DNA of 64,000 nucleotides from an uncultured Bacilli bacterium (GTDB lineage Bacteria; Bacillota_I; Bacilli_A; RF39; UBA660): NCBI GenBank assembly GCA_947629025.1, contig CANRCC010000005.1, positions 3,288 to 67,287 of the forward strand, read 5' to 3'. Shown piece by piece: positions 62,801 to 64,000 of this stretch (position 1 is its first letter; each line of letters starts with the position of its first letter). The notes under the pieces were generated by a model. It saw only the letters and a program-made list of their open reading frames with translations, ran no database searches and was not told where the DNA came from. The position numbers and the translations under genes were made by a program.

Positions 62801-64000
62801 AGGCAACTTCATTATATCTATATTTTGATTTTATACTTTCATCAACAAATACCTCATAAGTAATTTTATACTTAGGTTGTCCTTTTACTGGGAATATAGT
62901 AGTTACTGTTGCATTTTTAATATATACACTATCTTGAGTAAGTATTTCTTTTTCTCCTATATTTTTATCAGTATATGTATGTCTATCTGTACCTAAATTA
63001 TAATTTGCTAAAAATTTAACTTTATATCTTCCATCAACACTGTCTTTATAAGATAAAATTACATTATCGTTAATAGATGTTATTTCCTTACTATCAATAA
63101 TCTTATCAGAAGAATCAACTAAAACAACAACTAATTCTTCTATTGTTTCATCTTTATCATTAAATTTATATGATGTTAAAATTGTTTTATTTTCTTTATC
63201 ATAAGTTAAGTTAATATTATTTATATATGGTGAATTTTTTAATACGTTATATGTTAATGTAATATCTTCAAAATCTTTATCCTTTTCAAATACTTTTAAG
63301 TTATTTAAACCAACTTTACTAATAGTAATAGTATATTCACCAAACGTAGAAGTATCTATATTATCTAGTATTACTTCATAACTATTTTCATTTAATTTTG
63401 TAACTTTATACTCTTTTTGATTAATTGTAATTGTATCTACAATAAATCCTTTATCATTTGTACTTTCAAATGTAACAACTGGTTTTTCACCCTTTTCAAT
63501 AGAATCAGTAACATTTACATTAAATATTTTAAAATTATATCCACTTGTTACTATTATTTCTTTTGAAATAGTCAAAGTACCATTATTTTCTTCTCCAGTT
63601 ATATCATTTAATTTATTAGTATCTAAGTCATATTCTGCATTTATAAGTACACTATATACTACATCTTTTTTAAATTCATATTTAAAATGATTTTCTTTTT
63701 TTAATTTTTCATTTATTACTATATCTCCATTAGGATTTTTTACTATAATATTACCTTTAAAATAATTATTTTTATCTTTTATTAAAGCATTATCTTTATC
63801 TTCTAAAGTAAAACTAAATACATTTTCTTCATCATCAACATTAAACATATCAATATATGGTTTATCTTTTAATACTTCATACTTAATACTAGAATTTACA
63901 TTAATTTCATTATTATTATCTAAAATTACTTTTGTAAGTTTAATATCATAAACACCAGATTTATTTGGCGCACTTAAAGAAACACTATATAAATCTCCAT
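56853..64000 (-). CDS. giant (>2380 aa) secreted/surface zinc metalloprotease, M26 (ZmpB/IgA1-protease-like) family, with GLUG repeats and Ig-like repeats; N-terminus beyond window end
   Basis: HExxH motif in YTYHTWSHETAHNMDARLF resembles M26 HEMTHN. Two blocks of GLUG-type repeats (VGGLVGW..., IGGLIGFGQGG..., VGGLAGE...). The reading frame is open to position 64000 in frame with the ORF-track Met at 63848. Confidence 0.65.
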   Translation of the reverse strand, partial: GDLYSVSLSAPNKSGVYDIKLTKVILDNNNEINVNSSIKYEVLKDKPYIDMFNVDDEENVFSFTLEDKDNALIKDKNNYFKGNIIVKNPNGDIVINEKLKKENHFKYEFKKDVVYSVLINAEYDLDTNKLNDITGEENNGTLTISKEIIVTSGYNFKIFNVNVTDSIEKGEKPVVTFESTNDKGFIVDTITINQKEYKVTKLNENSYEVILDNIDTSTFGEYTITISKVGLNNLKVFEKDKDFEDITLTYNVLKNSPYINNINLTYDKENKTILTSYKFNDKDETIEELVVVLVDSSDKIIDSKEITSINDNVILSYKDSVDGRYKVKFLANYNLGTDRHTYTDKNIGEKEILTQDSVYIKNATVTTIFPVKGQPKYKITYEVFVDESIKSKYRYNEVASVTVNGLNYDANKTGNPYTSSISFTVPSESGILNLEATRVQLRYEDYNNNVHEFFSVKPYTVKIDVLKDKPSVKNLEIVDEDYDDKSVTFKFNVEDDKGGFNGGKIELNGDEKDIKIGENKVTFNNVLNNELFNLNFYADYELDTNLLDKDNNQNSYKNELIYTIPYGLYSNSKYESIKISNIKAISSDNSEYFNKNEDIKLEFNIDGLDSELNLSVDKIVIKDTEYKVEKIEDKYYIVTNGYSNSGIKNIEIKEIILSNGKKVILKDPVKLSVEVLKDSVTIQDFKYQIEDKNINIEFKVKDIDKSVFGELQDQIKIRIYNEDNNLIEELPYNNKITLKMIDDIQRYYIRVYANYDCDVNINNGKNNYTEELILDETISIDENYILLKDITDITLYKKEDGNTTEITNVNVNDLKENKDSYFVKISMTNMPTIYSKISKVLEENKRLILVLDYKYVTDDGKTSDLRINFGEIKSGIASNDVSPISFEELISKINDNPKGTFTLTHDLDASMINVSTSAIIDINFKGKLNGNGYTIRNLTKPLFNTIESGVVENLKLENINLPSSNAKGALANKVSSSTIKNILISSFTKDGSEAQTGSLVGTASNNSKIENSRVKGLNLNVGWNNQQVGGLIGVLENSTVKNCYADGKMSGNWNFIGGLVGDIKGTSTITNSYTKVSMSGSSGVSCDLACSYTGNLIIENNVTLSSGFKSGLSNKSIKSENNYMLGADNNANGITNIDENSVNDSLFKVNAKFDTNIWNINNISSDNLPTLLTENISKYKDEENYDATKEILYNNLSLLMPFYSNEKIVNSSKNISKDDILSNQEIMHIVPIDENGNLVTYLTYNDQKKIKKIKVVFKNNEKRVYSVRFDKLYDMVASYRIDDLKIDYTYNHYVINSDSQIINKLTNYLSSLTYEDNLDSLTKTSDSRLYKDFYNDVTKNELKEFVLKYISNSNYVNPTNDEAIDYYIEKEVKKDQKIEKVLYVYNYLKRFYGFDVDGIMLNDLLLFNMQGFNKNITPYQIALKFISNDNNIKLNTTNDTYNRVFYEYTNIETIPEFLEYIVKSLSDLDVSNWYTSKFKGYLSEVKVDNRDDIKYTLWDHIKSKDVKPNGTYANWYNYALPIITLPENAAYIISTPTQFIIGAQRTYIADPNNTESKEMLINRIQMYSDRMKEYYTNASKLLVDAKYFNDINTIQIDKRYTYDSNGELIFQNPYTTEEPFHKNFNEVVGVWAYNDYNAATANGTSIIWRVEGLMDGDLSKGSEYTYHTWSHETAHNMDARLFLKNNGRRTGAGGEDYADGNLTQSFGDGTINMNISVNYPVNANVTSNLTPQRVNTSEKIQDFYQKMFEVSDFLDYLEAQAFLQLTPEEQSKVAVQVSYLDENGNTVDASNTTRYTVLTQQDFMEMNLRDVEDLWDNRIIIKPGVTSYETVGINRYGGYSLYTRRWYQPHDDNGRPDSYSFKEFAFEMLGYKGYDKGYIEYYSDIHGKDGDLGALRAITNDQNMTFKKYKLERYNMMKQNMTKMKYIDSKQVIEDYKNALKTDALNNDRNVKQSTNVKRNNYYYIKRITDDFTTDIYADTTSMDVHVKDYESFINAINSNLYRTIVLDNDIDFSNYSAKDSSIIDLFSGIIKGENHKIYNINVPLFNTLNGAKIYDLKIENVNINQAQERLGALSKNIYNSEIKGVNLKNITIDSNNNKEVGSLTGYIQNTRVNNVHVTDANISGSTRIGGLIGFGQGGNNITSSSANANVIGSSNAVGGLAGEANNDTITNTYSIGFIKGATDVGGLVGWADNSSIINNFAKVQVNANNNTGGFVGKIVTKANIKNNISFSINSNGYKFDGRTDANVFMDGYFNNYEVEEYAGKTALSKDVPKSAITIIKLEDLKNKGFYTNTLGWSENIWDLSRVESGGLPKLKGNDPNNNLMHINTSQKFIIPSLSNNINLITEATETNEDESQDNDDKNKTLDEAIIEKKKEVLEDE

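Larger units (their letters stand above)
54976..64000 (-). mobile_element. putative skin-like intervening (or integrative) element interrupting spoIVA, at least 9 kb; only one junction is in the window
   Basis: spoIVA homology stops abruptly 45-57 bp from the stop codon of a large serine recombinase gene. Cargo continues to the window end with no 5' spoIVA segment. A short dyad CCAAACATATTTTGG sits at 55018-55032. Confidence 0.5.

Noticed and set aside
1-64000. CRISPR arrays and tRNA or rRNA genes
   Set aside because: No regularly spaced direct repeats of 24-40 bp and no rRNA-like GC-rich blocks were seen. The only GC-rich island is rnpB.

Overview
This is very AT-rich (about 25% GC) chromosomal DNA from a spore-forming Firmicute. 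Spore markers include CotJC-like and CotD-like proteins, two YjcZ-like peptides and SpoIVA; RecU-PonA-GpsB-rnpB-RodZ-PgsA-RecA and HU-SpoIVA show Bacillus-like synteny. Most of the window is housekeeping. Reading 1 to 64000, the genes are clpC (partial), lysS-dusB, a two-component system plus MacB-type ABC transporter co-directional with a sortase and a thioester-domain (TED) adhesin, queH, two D,D-carboxypeptidases, pdp, ssb, sufCDSUB, hit, prsA, recX, rpoZ, ffh-ylxM-ftsY, rnj, pnp-rpsO, uppS, a HelD-like helicase, recA with a Cheo/LexA box, pgsA, a rodZ-like gene, rnpB (RNase P RNA, type B), gpsB, recU-ponA, dnaD, cca and hup. The main finding is at 53.8-64 kb. spoIVA, which encodes a morphogenetic ATPase essential for the spore coat, is present only as its 3' segment, the region homologous to SpoIVA from residue ~118 to the C-terminus. 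Its truncation point abuts a large serine recombinase gene (SpoIVCA-like) and a cargo region of at least 9 kb that runs off the window. The cargo includes a giant surface metalloprotease of more than 2380 aa with GLUG repeats and an M26-like HETAH motif. This resembles a skin-like, sporulation-excised intervening element, but inserted in spoIVA rather than sigK. Further unannotated items are two tandem YjcZ-like micro-ORFs (one with a Cys-rich N-terminus), a 53-aa ORF overlapping the recombinase start, and rnpB beginning at the gpsB stop codon. No CRISPR arrays or tRNAs were seen. Many annotated ORFs on the opposite strand of real genes are AT-rich shadow ORFs.
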